Shown one piece after another: positions 1-15,058 of a stretch of 64,000 nt of DNA (positions are counted from its first letter, which is position 1; every line of letters begins with the position of its first letter). The translations under genes were made by a program, and so were the position numbers. Source of the DNA: Macrostomum lignano (taxonomy: Eukaryota); assembly GCA_002269645.1 (NCBI GenBank), contig NIVC01000646.1:62001-126000 (forward strand), read 5' to 3'. The notes under the pieces are model-generated. The model made no database searches, was not told the DNA's origin, and was given only the letters and a program-made list of their open reading frames with translations.

Positions 1-2828
1 AAGTTTTCGGGTTTGCACGCTTCAGTAATAGATGTGTGTGGCCCGAGGTAAGTGAGTCTGGCCCGCGTGAAGGCGGGACAGATGCTGACGAAATGCTCAG
101 CGGTTTCGTCACCTGAGTTGCAGAAACTACAGGTGGCGTTGGTGGCGTTGCCCTGCAGGTACTGGTGCCTGGAGAAGCAGCCGTGACCAGAGAGGGTCAT
201 GGTGGCAGCCCGGATGTCTCTGCGCGAGAGGCGCAAGAGGAGCTTCCGGAGCTGGTGAGAGGGCTGAGGGACAGCGCCTCTGGATTGCCTGCAGTTCGTG
301 CGGTTCGCCCAAGTCGAGCGGTGCTGAGTCCTGATCCACGCTTTGATGCGCGAGTCGATGACACAGCCAGGGATCGGGACAAGAGGTTCGGGGCCGAGAG
401 AGGAGCCGGAGGCACCAACTTTTGCAAGGGTGTCAGCCAACTCATTTCCTCGGATCCCCACATGCCCCGGAACCCACTTAAGGGTAATTTTGTTGGCGGA
501 ACCCAACACATTGAGGAGTTTGATACAGTCAAGGACTGTAGCAGAGTTGGTGCTGCAGCCACTGATGGCGTGCAAGGCAGCTTGGCTGTCCGAATGGAAA
601 ATGATGTTCTTACCAGTAACGCCAGTGGCGAGAAGCTCTGCAGTGCAGGAGCTGATGGCCAGAACTTCATTTTGGAAAACACTGGAGTTGACCCCAGTGT
701 ATTGAGCGTGGGTAGCGATGACCCTCCCGTTCAGAAAGATTCCAACACCAAAGCCGGTGTTGGCTGACTGCTTAGAACCGTCGGTGTAGCAATGAAGCTC
801 ACCAGGGTTCCAATGGTCATTGATGTTATCGCGCGAGTCGATAGCTACGGAGTAGCGCTGTCTCAGGTTGAGCGTTGAGGCAATGCCATCGGTGAAGACG
901 CGATTGGCCTGACACTCGTTGAGAAAGTTGAGGCACAGATCGCTATGCGGGACAAGGTTCCGCTTAGCAGGTGCTCTCATGTAAATGAATTTGACGCCGG
1001 CATCAATTAGACGCCGCGTCGTTCTAGCCGCCTCACCCCTGATGAAGAGGTCAAGAGGCGGAAGATTAAGAAAGGCCCCCATGCCAGCAAAGGGCGTGGA
1101 CCTGGTGGCGTTGCAGATGAGCCTACACGCTCTGCCTTGGATCGTGTTGAGCAGGTCTGCATGGCTTTTGACCTGGGTAGCGCTAACCCAGACAACAGAG
1201 GCGTACGTAATGGCAGGTCTAACTACGGAAGTATAGATCCACCAAAGCCGCTTTGGGGATAGACCCCAAGAAGTGCCAAGTGCTCGTCGGAGCTGGGCCA
1301 GGATGGCTGAGGCACGCTTAGCTTTTGCTTTCACGTGGAAGGACCAGTTGAGCCGGTGGTCAAGTGTGACCCCGAGACATCTGGTCTGGTGCGCGAAGGC
1401 AATATCTCTGCCGTAGAGCTGCAGAGGACGTATGTTCCAGCGTAGTCTGCTGGTAAACATAATGGCAACGGTTTTGGGCTCAGAGAGTTCCAAACCATTG
1501 TCATTGGCCCAGGATTCTGCTTTGCGGATAAAGCTCTGCATCAGATCCCTGAGCGTGCTGGGAGACGGTCCTGCCACAATGGCCGTGACGTCATCAGCAT
1601 ATCCGACTTTGAAGACGGGGTCAGGTCGGGAGTCACTCAGAAGAGCGTCCATGACCAGGTTCCAGAGCGTCGGGGTGAGGACTCCGCCTTGGGGTCCACC
1701 CTTACAGACTCTGGTGGAGGCAGTTTGCCCAAGAAGTTGGGCAGTGACCGTACGGTTGGAGATCATGTACATGATCCACCGTATGAGGGTAGCATGAGCT
1801 TTGCGATTTTGAAGGGCCCTCTGAAACGCTTCAAAGATAACGTTGTCGAAGGCGCCAACAATGTCAAGAAAGAGAGCCAGGGCGTAACCGTCACCCAGTA
1901 CCGCCCGTTCAATCTTTTCGACAATCGCATGCAGGGCGCTGTCAGTCGACCTCCCGGTACGGAAGGCGTGCTGATTATTGCTGAGGGGCATCGCTGTCAG
2001 CTCGCAGGAGAGCAGCCGCCAGAGAATAAGCCTCTCAGTGAGCTTAAGCATTGCTGACGTTAAGCTAATTGGCCGGAAGGCCTTGACGCTTTGGTAGTCA
2101 CCCTTCCCAGGTTTGGGAATAAAGACTACTCGAGCTTCAGTCCAGCTTTTGGGAACGTATCCCAGCTGGATAGAGGCCCGCATAAGATTGCGGGTGAGTC
2201 TCAGGAACGAGGGTATCTTGGCTGCTTCACGAAGGAGAACAGGGTAGATACCATCAGGTCCAGGAGATTTGAAGGGTTTGAAGGTTCTGACCGCACGAGC
2301 GATTAGGTCTTCAGTGACAATGCCCGCCGCTAGGGTGGCTCCATCCATCGAATGGTTGGGCTCCGGTCTAGCAGTAGGTACCCTCGGGAAGAATGTGCTA
2401 AGCATATGCTGAAGCACTTCTTCAGGGTCTTTAGTAAGAGAGCCATCATCTTTTTTTATCATGGCTAATTTGGACATTTTGTCCATTGTAAGGGCCTTGA
2501 CAAGCCTAGAAGTAGGTCTGTCTTGATCCAATTCATTGCAGAATTGGCGCCACTTACATTCCTTGGCCTTGCGCACTTCAGATTTGAAATTGCGGGAGGC
2601 TTGCCGGAAAAGCTCCATGTCCTCCGGGTTTCCGGTCTTCATGGCACGGCGATGAAGGCTTTTGGCCTTCCGCCTGAGTTTCCCCAGCTCCGGGTTCCAC
2701 CACGGCGCCGAGGTCTTGCCTCTGTAGGCGCGAGCAGGACAAGCCGCTTCGTAGGCTGCAATAATGCAACCTGTCAGCGTCTCAGCCATATGATCCAGTG
2801 ACCAGTCGCATTCGACTGCATTGGGTCC
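1..2828 (-). mobile_element. 5'-truncated non-LTR retrotransposon (R1/Loa-like, I group) ORF2 with RT, RNase H and C-terminal CCHC; runs off the left window edge
   Basis: Motifs sampled on the minus strand all fall in one frame: PWWNPEL (~2700), LFLDIVGAFDN (~1865), PQGGVLTPTLWN (~1690), GYADD (Y codon at 1601), RNase H VFTDG (~899), and TCSFCNSGDETAEHFVSICP (~134). An upstream in-frame TAG is at 2831-2829 and the first Met is at 2789. No endonuclease domain is present. It is probably absent from the ORF track because no stop falls inside the window. Confidence 0.92.
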
Positions 2829-3069
2829 CTATTAAACTGGATAAGAAATATAGAATAGAAAGTGGCAATATTATGCAGCTTCTAATTCGTTTACAGTTAA
2901 GGAATGCCTTATACAAAAACACAGGCCATGGCGTGCAAACATGCCTGGGAGATCGGGTATTAAGAAAGCCAGTGTAGCTACACGCACTTTGGGTCTTGTT
3001 TCCGTTCGCCTTCGCTGCGTTGGAATGCTCATGCAAATTGCCAGCAGAATAAGCTAACGTTAATGGTTG

Positions 3070-3665
3070 TCCAGACCGGGATTAAAGGGGTGTCCAGACC
3101 GGGATTACAGGGGTGTCCAGACCGGAATTTTAGGGGTGTCCAGACCGGGATTAAAGGGGTGTCCAGACCGGGATTAAAGGGGTGTCCAGACCGGGATTAC
3201 AGGGGTGTCCAGACCGGAATTTTAGGGGTGTCCAGACCGGGATTAAAGGGGTGTCCAGACTGGAATTAAAGGGGTGTCCAGACCGGGAATAAAGGGTTGC
3301 CCAAACCGGGCTTAAAGGGGTGTCCAGACCGGGATTTAAAGGATGTCCAGACCGGGATTAAACGGGTGTCCAGACCGGGATTACAGGGGTGTCCAGACCG
3401 GAATTTTAGGGGTGTCCAGACCGGGATTAAAGGGGTGTCCAGACCGGAATTAAAGGGGTGTCCAGACCGGGATTAAAGGGTTGCCCAAACCGGGCTTAAA
3501 GGGGTGTCCAGACCGGGATTTAAAGGATGTCCAGACCGGGATTAAAGGGGTGTCCAGACTAGAATTTTAGGGTTGCCCAGACCGGGCTTTAAGGGGTGTC
3601 CAGACCGGGCTTTAAGGGGTGTCCAGACCGGGATTAAAGGGGTGTCCAGACCGGGCTAAAGGGAT
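3070..3665. repeat. 23-bp minisatellite (CCAGACCGGGATTAAAGGGGTGT), about 26 copies
   Basis: Direct reading. Variant blocks recur as a higher-order unit of about 180 bp. Confidence 0.95.
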
Positions 3666-4625
3666 GTCCAGATAGGATTTCAGTGTGTCCTGGGCAGTTC
3701 CTAAATTGTCCAAAGAGGATTCACAAAGTGTCTGGACACGTTCTCAAGGCTATCCAGAGTTGAAAGGCGGCTTTTAAACCGTGTCTAGTGTGCCAAAAAA
3801 CTAAAACGGACATTGCAGCTGCCGCAAAATGACGCAGGCAAAAGTCGATCAGAATGCAGTTCTGCGCAAGACACGCCACAAAACTGTCGGTATAAGACGG
3901 GCAAGTCAGACCTTAAGTCAAAGTGTCCCTAATAATATCCAACACGTGTGTATATTTATCAATAATCAGTAAAGCAAAAGTTCGGTAATGCGCAATCGCT
4001 CCGCTACAACCAACAGAGATTAAAGTGCCAAGGGAATAACAACATCGATTAAAAATAAATTATCAAATCCAGCAGATCAAAAAAGCAGAAGTGCAAGCCA
4101 AAAGAACCAACGTGCCTAGAAAAAACACTTGATTTAACAGTAATCAGGTTCTAATACAAGTTCAGCATAATATGGAATGGCAATTAAAAATTGTGTTCGT
4201 TAAAACAACAATATTTGGTACAGCTGTCACAGGTTATCGAATGTTAATAAAGCTGCAGAGGCATGTAATGAAAATCAACAAACAACAACAATGACTAATT
4301 GGAAGTGCTAGCGGGCCGCGAAAAAGTACATTAGTCGGGCGACGCTTAAACACAAGTTTTGTGACGCGAATAAACAAGACAAAAAGACGGCTTCTTTGTT
4401 TCCAAAACCGCGGGTAATAAACGGTGAATTGCGATCACAACAGATTCCAGTTGGCAAGGCTCAGAAATGAAAAAGGTAGAGTCAGCTATTCACCAATGAC
4501 TGTGATGGCGAACTTTAAATGTAATTTTCTTGCAATAAGTAATACGTTTTTATCACAGAGGCAAACAGCCAGCATAATACGCTGTAATATGTGCCTGTTC
4601 GATATCTGCTGCAGGAAGAAACTGT

Positions 4626-5240
4626 GGGAGAATGTGGAGTGGCGGGGTCAGGGGTCACTTAAGGAACTGGGGTCACTTAAGGAACTAAGGAGAATGGAGT
4701 GGTGGGGTCAGGGGTCACTTAAGGAACTAAGGAGAATGGAGTGGTGGGGTCAGGGGTCACTTAAGGAACTAAGGAGAATGGAGTGGTGGGGTCAGGGGTC
4801 ACTTAAGGAACTAAGGAGAATGGAGTGGTGGGGTCAGGGGTCACTTAAGGAACTAAGGAGAATGGAGTGGCGGGGTCAGGGGTCACTTAAGGAACTAAGG
4901 AGAATGGAGTGGCGGGGTCAGGGGTCACTTAAGGAATTGGGGTCACTTAAGGAACTAGGGAGAATGGAGTGGTGGGGTCAGGGGTCACTCAAGAAACTGG
5001 GGGAGTATGGAGTGGTGGGGTCAGGGGTCACTCAAGGAACTGGGGGAGTATGGAGTGGTGGGGTCAGGGGTCACTCAAGAAACTGGGGGAGTATGGAGTG
5101 GCGGGGTCAGGGGTCACTCAAGAAACTGGGGGAGTATGGAGTGGTGGGGTCAGGGGTCACTCAAGGAACTGGGGGAGTATGGAGTGGCGGGGTCAGGGGT
5201 CACTCAAGGAACTGGGGGGACAATGGAGTGGCTGGGTCAC
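4626..5240. repeat. 41-42-bp G-rich minisatellite (GGAGAATGGAGTGGTGGGGTCAGGGGTCACTTAAGGAACTAA)
   Basis: Direct reading. It produces the repetitive RRMEWWGQGSLKEL pseudo-ORF. Confidence 0.95.
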
Positions 5241-5352
5241 CGAAAAAAATCTAACAAAATATTCAGCAGCGTAAAACCACAGAAAGAGCATCAGACGCTG
5301 TCACAAAACTGTCAACTCTGAGCAGTGCTTGTTCAGGGATTAAAAATTGGAT

Positions 5353-5645
5353 TTAGGCGGTTGCCGTCGCCTCGTCAGGCGCCTCGTAGGTGCCCGTGGA
5401 GCATTCGCTCTCCTGCAGCCCGGTCTCGTCTATGGCCGAGCCCAGCTCAACATCCGGCGAGCGGAGCACGTCCTCTGGTCGCAGTCTGGGCACCTCGATT
5501 TGCTGAGGATTGAGCCACGGCTTCCAGTCTGGTCGGTTCTTCGACTTCCAGGCGTCGTATTTCAATGCAGCCTTGTGCAGCCCGCGAGCCACTCGGGGTG
5601 CCACCAGCGTTGAAGCCTTGTTCACCACCCACGCTGGCAGCTTGC
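5353..5645 (-). CDS. STARD10: START-domain lipid transfer protein (STARD10/PCTP-like), exon 5 (last)
   Basis: Acceptor CCCCACAG|GC at 5646/5645. Translation GKLPAWVVNKASTLVAPRVARGLHKAALKYDAWKSKNRPDWKPWLNPQQ matches the STARD10 C-terminus (GSLPKWVVNK...KPWLHPEQ). TAA at 5355-5353. Confidence 0.92.
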
Positions 5646-5663
5646 CTGTGGGGAGCGGGTTGG

Positions 5664-7400
5664 CTGACTGACTGACTGACTGACTGACTGACTGACTGAC
5701 TGACTGACTGACTGACTCACTGACTGTCTGACTGACTGACTGACTGACTGACTGACTCACTGACTGTCTGACTGACTGACTGACTGACTGACTGACTGAC
5801 TGGCTGACTGACTGACTGACTCACTGACTGTCTGACTGACTGACTGACTGACTGACTGACTGACTGACTGACTGGCTGACTGACTGACTGACTCACTGAC
5901 TGTCTGACTGACTGACTGACTGACTGACTGACTGACTGACTGGCTGACTGACTGACTCACTGACTGTCTGACTGACTGACTGACTGACTCACTGACTGTC
6001 TGACTGACTGACTGACTGACTGACTGACTGACTGACTGACTGACTGACTGACTGGCTGACTGACTGGCTGACTGACTGACTGACTGACTGACTGACTGAC
6101 TGACTGGCTGACTGACTGACTGACTCACTGACTGTCTGACTGACTGACTGACTGACTGGCTGACTGACTGACTGACTCACTGACTGTCTGACTGACTGAC
6201 TGACTGACTGACTGACTGACTGACTGACTGGCTGACTGACTGACTCACTGACTGTCTGACTGACTGACTGACTGACTCACTGACTGTCTGACTGACTGAC
6301 TGACTGACTGACTGACTGACTGACTGACTGACTGACTGACTGGCTGACTGACTGGCTGACTGACTGACTGACTGACTGACTGACTGACTGACTGGCTGAC
6401 TGACTGACTGACTCACTGACTGTCTGACTGACTGACTGACTGACTGACTGACTGACTGACTGACTGGCTGACTGTCTGACTGACTGACTGACTGTCTGAC
6501 TGACTGACTCACTGGCTGACTGACTGACTGACTGACTGGCTGACTGACTGACTGGCTGACTGACTGACTGACTGACTGACTGACTGGCTGGCTGACTGAC
6601 TGACTCACTGACTGTCTGACTGACTGACTGACTGACTGACTGACTGACTGGCTGACTGACTGACTCACTGACTGTCTGACTGACTGACTGACTGACTGAC
6701 TGACTGACTGACTGGCTGACTGGCTGACTCACTGACTCACTGACTCACTGACTTGATTTGATTTGACTCTTTGATTTGACCTGATTTGACTCTCTGACTG
6801 ACTGACTGACTGGCTGACTCACTGACTCACTGACTGTCTGACTGACTGACTGACTGACTGACTGGCTGGCTGACTGACTGACTGACTGACTGGCTGACTG
6901 ACTGACTGGCTGACTGACTGACTGACTGACTGACTGACTGACTGACTGACTGACTGACTGACTCACTGGCTGACTGACTGACTGACTGACTGGCTGACTG
7001 ACTGACTGGCTGACTGACTGACTGACTGACTGACTGACTGACTGACTGGCTGGCTGACTCACTGACTCACTGACTGGCTGACTGACTGACTGACTGACTG
7101 GCTGACTGACTGACTGGCTGACTGACTGACTGACTGACTGACTGACTGACTGACTCACTGACTGACTGACTGACTCACTGACTGACTGACTGACTCACTG
7201 ACTGACTGACTGGCTGACTCATTGACTCACTGACTCACTGACTCACTGACTGACTGACTTGACTGTCTGACTGGCTGACTCACTGACTGACTGGCTGACT
7301 CACTGACTGACTGACTGGCTGACTGGCTGACTCACTGACTGACTGACTGACTCACTGACTGACTGGCTGACTCATTGACTCACTCATTGACTCATTGACT
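5664..7400. repeat. (GACT)n microsatellite with CACT/GTCT/GGCT variants, about 1.74 kb, in STARD10 intron 4
   Basis: Direct reading. Confidence 0.98.
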
Positions 7401-8404
7401 TGCTAATAGTACAATCGTCAAAAGCTAACCAGAAAGCTACGAGAAAAGTTGTTCAACATTCAAAAGCTGACCAAAAGTTGAGCAAAGTACTACTCCAGAC
7501 TTGTTCGAGACAGTTGAGATTCGATGACAGATGGGGCAGGTTTCGATAAAAGGCTTTTATGCAAATTATAACTCAGCATATTATACGAATGAGAGCTATA
7601 TCATTCTTGAAATCCATTGTACGACTCGTAGAGGATGAAAATTCCCTAACCTGGCTTTCCAGTCCAGTTCTGAGGCTCAGCAAAATTTAGCGTCTCTGTG
7701 ACTGACTGACTGCGTAAAACTCTCTGACAAAATGCCACTTGACCAAAATAGGCCATCAACACAAGAGCTGGGGAGGGAGGGAAGGTAGGGGAGCAACGAA
7801 CAACGAGGGGCTCCTAACCTGCTCTCCCCGCGATAGATCACATCGGCCACACACGCACAAGCTTATAAACATCTGGTGTCCTGTCTGAGGGGAGCCATCA
7901 TTCCGGGATGCCGCCTCAGTCGGCCATCACCCGCCCGCCCCCATTCCAAAGCCTTAATTGCGAACAAAGCAATTCAAAAAAGACGAATTTCTGTGATTTC
8001 AAGAATCAAAAGATGCTAAAGTGACAGATGACAGCAGGAGTGGCGGGGATGAGCCCTATTTACCTTCATTCATACATACGGTAGTATACATTTAACCAGA
8101 TAGCTGAATATAATAAAATTTTACTCGTGGTCTTGTCTGTTGATTGAACCGAACCAAGTGGCCCTGCCACCTGCCCTAAATAACATAGAAAGGCTTTAGT
8201 ATTACTAATAAATAATAATCACCATTTTATGCTGCATTTCTATCTAGTATTTGATTGAAAAATAATTATATTGACACTTAACAGATGCTGAGTAGACAGC
8301 AGACTGTACTTTTGACTCTGCCACTCTCACTTTGTCTGGTCTTGGGTCCTTATTATAGGAATTTATATAAACAACAGATTAAATTGACACGCGACACTTT
8401 ACAA

Positions 8405-9610
8405 TAGCAGTCCATGGAGCTACAATGGCAGTCCATGGAGCTACAATGGCAGTCCATGGAGCTACAATGGCAGTCCATGGAGCTACAATGGCAGTCCATG
8501 GAGCTACAATGGCAGTCCATGGAGCTACAATGGTAGTCCATGGAGCTACAATGGCAGTACATGGAGCTACAATGGCAGTACATTGAGCTACAATGGCAGT
8601 CCATGGAGCTACAATGGCAGTACATTGAGCTACAATGGCAGTCCATGGAGCTAAAATGGCAGTCCATGGAGCTACAATGGCAATACAAGGAGCTACAATG
8701 GCAGTACATTGAGCTACAATGGCAGTCCATGGAGCTACAATGGCAGTCCATGGAGCTACAATGGCAGTACATTGAGCTACAATGGCAGTACATGGAGCTA
8801 AAAATGGCAGTCCATGGAGCTACAATGGCAGCACATGGAGCTACAATGGCAGTCCATGGAGCTACAATGGCAGCACATGGAGCTACAATGGTAGTCCATG
8901 GAGCTACAATGGCAGTCCATGGAGCTAAAATGGCAGTCCATGGAGCTACAATGGCAGTACATGGAGCTACAATGGCAGTACATTGAGCTACAATGGCAGT
9001 ACATGGAGCTACAATGGCAGTCCATGGAGCTACAATGGCAGTCCATGGAGCTACAATGGCAGTACATGGAGCTACAATGGCAGTACATTGAGCTACAATG
9101 GCAGTACATGGAGCTAAAATCGCAGTCCATGGAGCTACAATGGCAGCACATGGAGCTACAATGGTAGTCCATGGAGCTACAATGACAGTACATGGAGCTA
9201 CAATGGCAGTACATTGAGCTACAATGGCAGTACATGGAGCTACAATGGCAGTACATGGAGCTACAATGGCAGTCCATGGAGCTACAATGGTAGTCCATGG
9301 AGCTACAATGGTAGTCCATGGAGCTAAAATGGCAGTCCATGGAGCTACAATGGTAGTCCATGGAGCTACAATGGCAGTACAAGGAGCTACAATGGCAGTA
9401 CATTGAGTTACAATGGCAGTCCATGGAGCTACAATGGCAGTCCATGGAGCTACAATGGCAGTACATTGAGCTACAATGGCAGTCCATGGAGCTACAATGG
9501 TAGTCCATGGAGCTACAATGGCAGTACAAGGAGCTACAATGGCAGTACATTGAGCTACAATGGCAGTCCATGGAGCTACAATGGCAGTCCATGGAGCTAC
9601 AATGGCAGTC
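8405..9610. repeat. 21-bp minisatellite (GTCCATGGAGCTACAATGGCA), about 57 copies, in STARD10 intron 4
   Basis: Direct reading. It is the source of the MELQWQS and CHCSSMD pseudo-ORFs. Confidence 0.97.
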
Positions 9611-9707
9611 TAGGACTCCAGGGCACTTAATGCCCTTAAAACTAGCGATCAATCTAAACTAAAGCGTTTAAATGGAATCAAAGAATTTGCAACTGCCAAA
9701 GACTCAC

Positions 9708-9825
9708 CCCTGGGATCGCACTGGGCCACGTAGGTGAGGTGGCAGGACTTGACCCCAGTAGAGATCAGCCAGTAGCCAGTGATGAAGGAGATGCCGCGAA
9801 CGAAGCCTTTGCGCGGCGGGGCGTC
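9708..9825 (-). CDS. STARD10: STARD10-like exon 4
   Basis: CCGCAG|GAC...AGG G|GTGAGT. Encodes [39 protein letters not shown] (compare human YPPRKDLVRAVS...VITYLAQVDPKG). Phases match the neighbouring exons. Confidence 0.92.
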
Positions 9826-10310
9826 CTGCGGATTAAGGTTTAATACAGACTAGCGGTGACGCTTATGACAGACATAATGATGACACAGAGATTGCGGGTC
9901 ACTTTACAGAAAGATTCATCGACAAGTTGAGGGGGGCAGCCGTGCGCAAACATTCATTTGGTGCTTGTGCTCGAAAATTTCCAACCCCAAGACAGTGTGC
10001 ATGCCTGACTATTAGAACACCAGGGCCGCTGTGCACCCTGTGTGAGCGAGTGTGAGTGCGTGTCTGCGTACAGTATTGTCGCGCTTGCATGTGCCCAGGA
10101 GTCAGCGGAATGTGCCTCAGCGATGGGTGTGGGACGGTGTCGCCAAAGGTGTTGCGTGAGGGTGCCCGCAGCCTACTGCCTACGTGTGAATATTTATGCA
10201 CTCTTTTGTACTGGTATATAGGGAACCTTTATATTTAAATATAAATCATCCTTAGGATCTCCCCCCGCTTGCTGCCTTTACTAGCCCATGCGTGAGGGTA
10301 GATATAAAAT

Positions 10311-10428
10311 AGACAGACAGACAGACAGACGGACAGACACAGACAGATAGATAGATAGATAGATAGATGATAGATAGACAGATAGATAGATAGATAGACA
10401 GATAGACAGACAGATAGATAGATGATGT
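10311..10428. repeat. compound (AGAC)n/(AGAT)n microsatellite
   Basis: Direct reading. Confidence 0.9.
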
Positions 10429-12017
10429 GAGAGAAACGTGCAAGTACACATAGATTTGCGGGGGGAGGCGTTTCATCGCGTATAACGTGCTATGCACGAA
10501 ACGAGAAGGCTTGACGCTTGAGGCGGGGCGAGCGTCACGTGCGCGTACACTAAGAAACGAATACAATAATAAATACTGAGAGGCGATCACACAGGCACAT
10601 AGGTTGAAGGACAATGCTTTAATATAGGCTTGTACAGAAAGCAAGAATACTTCTCACACTTGAACTTTTGTCAGCGAATACTGAAGTTCCGTCAAACCAC
10701 CATGAAGAACATTAGTGGCATCTTATATTCCTATTGCTTAGCACGACTTTTTTGTGCAGCTTTCCCTTTTTCCTGACTCCTTCAATATTTTTCTGTCCTT
10801 TTCCCAAATCGGGTGAGTCATTGATTCACACGTTAAAGGCCAAGGAGTACTCTAAAAAGAACATCTGGAGCGTGAGTTTCTTTAGTTTATGACCTGCATC
10901 AGGGAAGCCTCCTTAATCACTTCGATTAAGTTTAGGTGCTATGATGAAAGTGGATGTTTAACTTTAAGGCTCTGTGAAATTTAGGTCTTGTGAACCCCCC
11001 CCCGTTTGAATTTACTCCAGACGGCTAATCCTAGAGCTCCATGTCGCAGGCCGCAAACCCATTTTCGAATGTGGTATCGGCTTTTCAGGGATTCCCAGCT
11101 TTTCTTCGCTTTTGCAAATCGTTTCGGGCCCACAAAAATACCAGTTACCGACCGCAGATTCCAGCCGTGTCCCCTCGAACCCCTCGAATAATCATCTCGC
11201 ATCAGTCATCGCTTCGCCAAGGAGACCCAGAACCACGGTCTGGAGTAGAAGCTCTTGCCTAAACACCCTTAGCCTAATTTCAGACTTTAGGCTGACACAG
11301 TTCTGTTTAGAAGGATTATCAAGATTTTCTTTGTTTGCTTCCAATTTTTAAGCTTCAAAATGAGACCAAGTTTACAAAAGATCCGTTCAAACAAATTGAA
11401 GCTATGAAACAAATTATGTAAACCGAAATACTGAATTCAGCCTAAAGTTGTCTAAATAAAGGGTTTATAGGGGAAGGTTGGCTTACTCCAGGTTTTGGTT
11501 CCATAGGTCTCCTTGGCTGCGCGAACGGCTTGGCCAAAGCACACAAAGAATCGTTCAACAAGGAGGTGACACATCCGGGACGGCCAAAAAAGTGGAGCCA
11601 ATATAGATCAACCAGGAATCCATATACTAAAAATTATTATCTTAAAGTTCCAAGGAAAATTCGGAACAGCTTTTTTAACCAGTTAGAGAATTAATTCAAA
11701 ATTCAAAACGGCGTGTTGCTTAACGGACTGCACCGTTTTGAAGTGATTAAGCTCAATTTTCTATTTCGACCTTACCTTCCTGTCAATCTGTGATCGCTAG
11801 AACATGATTAAAAAAATTTTGAATTAGACATACAGAAGGCTATGAAAACCATTTTTGAAGAGAGAACGATTTTAGCATTCAAATAATAAGGACAAAGTGG
11901 ATCAAGATGATTAGGGAAATTCTATAGCAAGGGTTTTAATGGATTTGTGTTAATTAGAAACGGAAACCCTTTAAATATTGAACCAGAAGAATATTCCTGC
12001 TGCGCCTGGGGATTATG

Positions 12018-12850
<833 letters not shown>

Positions 12851-13548
12851 AAGCCTGAGGGTCCTGAAGAAAGCCGTATTTAAGACAGCAAATTTGCGTG
12901 ACACTTTTGAGAACAGGAAATATCACAGCCATAGGCTTCCTTGCAGAAGAAATTTAGCTTCCATTATCTCAGATAAAAAACAACTGCTTTCTACCCCACA
13001 GCGCCCAAGGATTAAGAGGCGATAATTGAATTTAGACACACTTAGCAGACACAAGCGAATATTAATTGAAAGCTTTTGCAAATCTATTGACTATTTATTT
13101 AGATAGGCGACAAGAAAAAGATGATTCATTACGGAGGAAAAACTGCAGGATGAGAAATGCTATTAAGGACAAAATTCAAGCCAAGGAGAGCTAGTCATTA
13201 GCCACCTGGAATTGGCAACTCCGCCCAAATCAGCAGAATGAGTTGATTACTTTTAATCCAGATCCTATATCCAATTGATCTCCTGATCTTGATAATGATA
13301 GCAAATCACTAGGGGGTGGCAAAAGCGTCGGGCATTATGAGACCTGCGGGCATCATCTTTGACAGGTAGGGGTGGCTGATGGACTCCTGGAGTCAACACT
13401 AGCTAATAATCAAGCCTATGTGCAGATTTAGTTGTTAAAAATGAAGAAATGCCTGCGACTGAACGGACAGGGAACTGTTCCTGGGGTAAGAGTTTTGGGG
13501 AGCAGATAGGATCAATGCTTGAGCAGAGTCAATTCTCATGCATATTAG

Positions 13549-14796
<1,248 letters not shown>

Positions 14797-14975
14797 CGTA
14801 GAAGCTGCAAGAAATTTTAACGACAGTCTTTTCGTCTCGTTTGACATTGGAATTGCATTTATTTATTGTCCTTCGGAAAAAATAGCTTTTTAATATCACT
14901 TACGAGTACATCTGCTCACCGATAGTATCAAACGGACGTAAATGATATTTAAAAGTCAAATATTGGCCGCAACTT

Positions 14976-15018
14976 TTTGGCCTGACGAAGAGCTAAGAGG
15001 CTTGAAACCAGTTGGCAA
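14976..15018 (+). ncRNA. degenerate minimal type-I hammerhead ribozyme motif of Penelope-like element type
   Basis: TTGGC-CTGACGA-AGAGC taagag GCTT-GAAA-C CA GTT-GGCAA has the CUGANGA and GAAA cores, a short stem II, a 2-bp stem III, a GUU triplet and a stem I with one mismatch. Confidence 0.55.
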
Positions 15019-15057
15019 TTTTAGAACTCCAGGTATTTAGAACTCAATACGCCGTGA

Positions 15058-15058
<1 letters not shown>

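Noticed and set aside
165-2801. Plus-strand ORFs of 70-200 aa
   Set aside because: They are antisense shadows of the GC-rich LINE ORF and have no recognisable motifs.
5353-7158. Long SQSV-repeat ORFs
   Set aside because: These are translations of the (GACT)n microsatellite. Only 5353-5645 is a real exon.
8353-9652. Cys/His-rich (CHCSSMD) and MELQWQ ORFs resembling metallothionein-like proteins
   Set aside because: A 21-bp unit is open in several frames on both strands and lies inside an intron.
12866-12905. Second hammerhead-like string CTGAAGA-AAGCCGT...ACAGC-AAA
   Set aside because: The GAAA core is incomplete and stems I and III cannot be assigned, so it is too degenerate to call.
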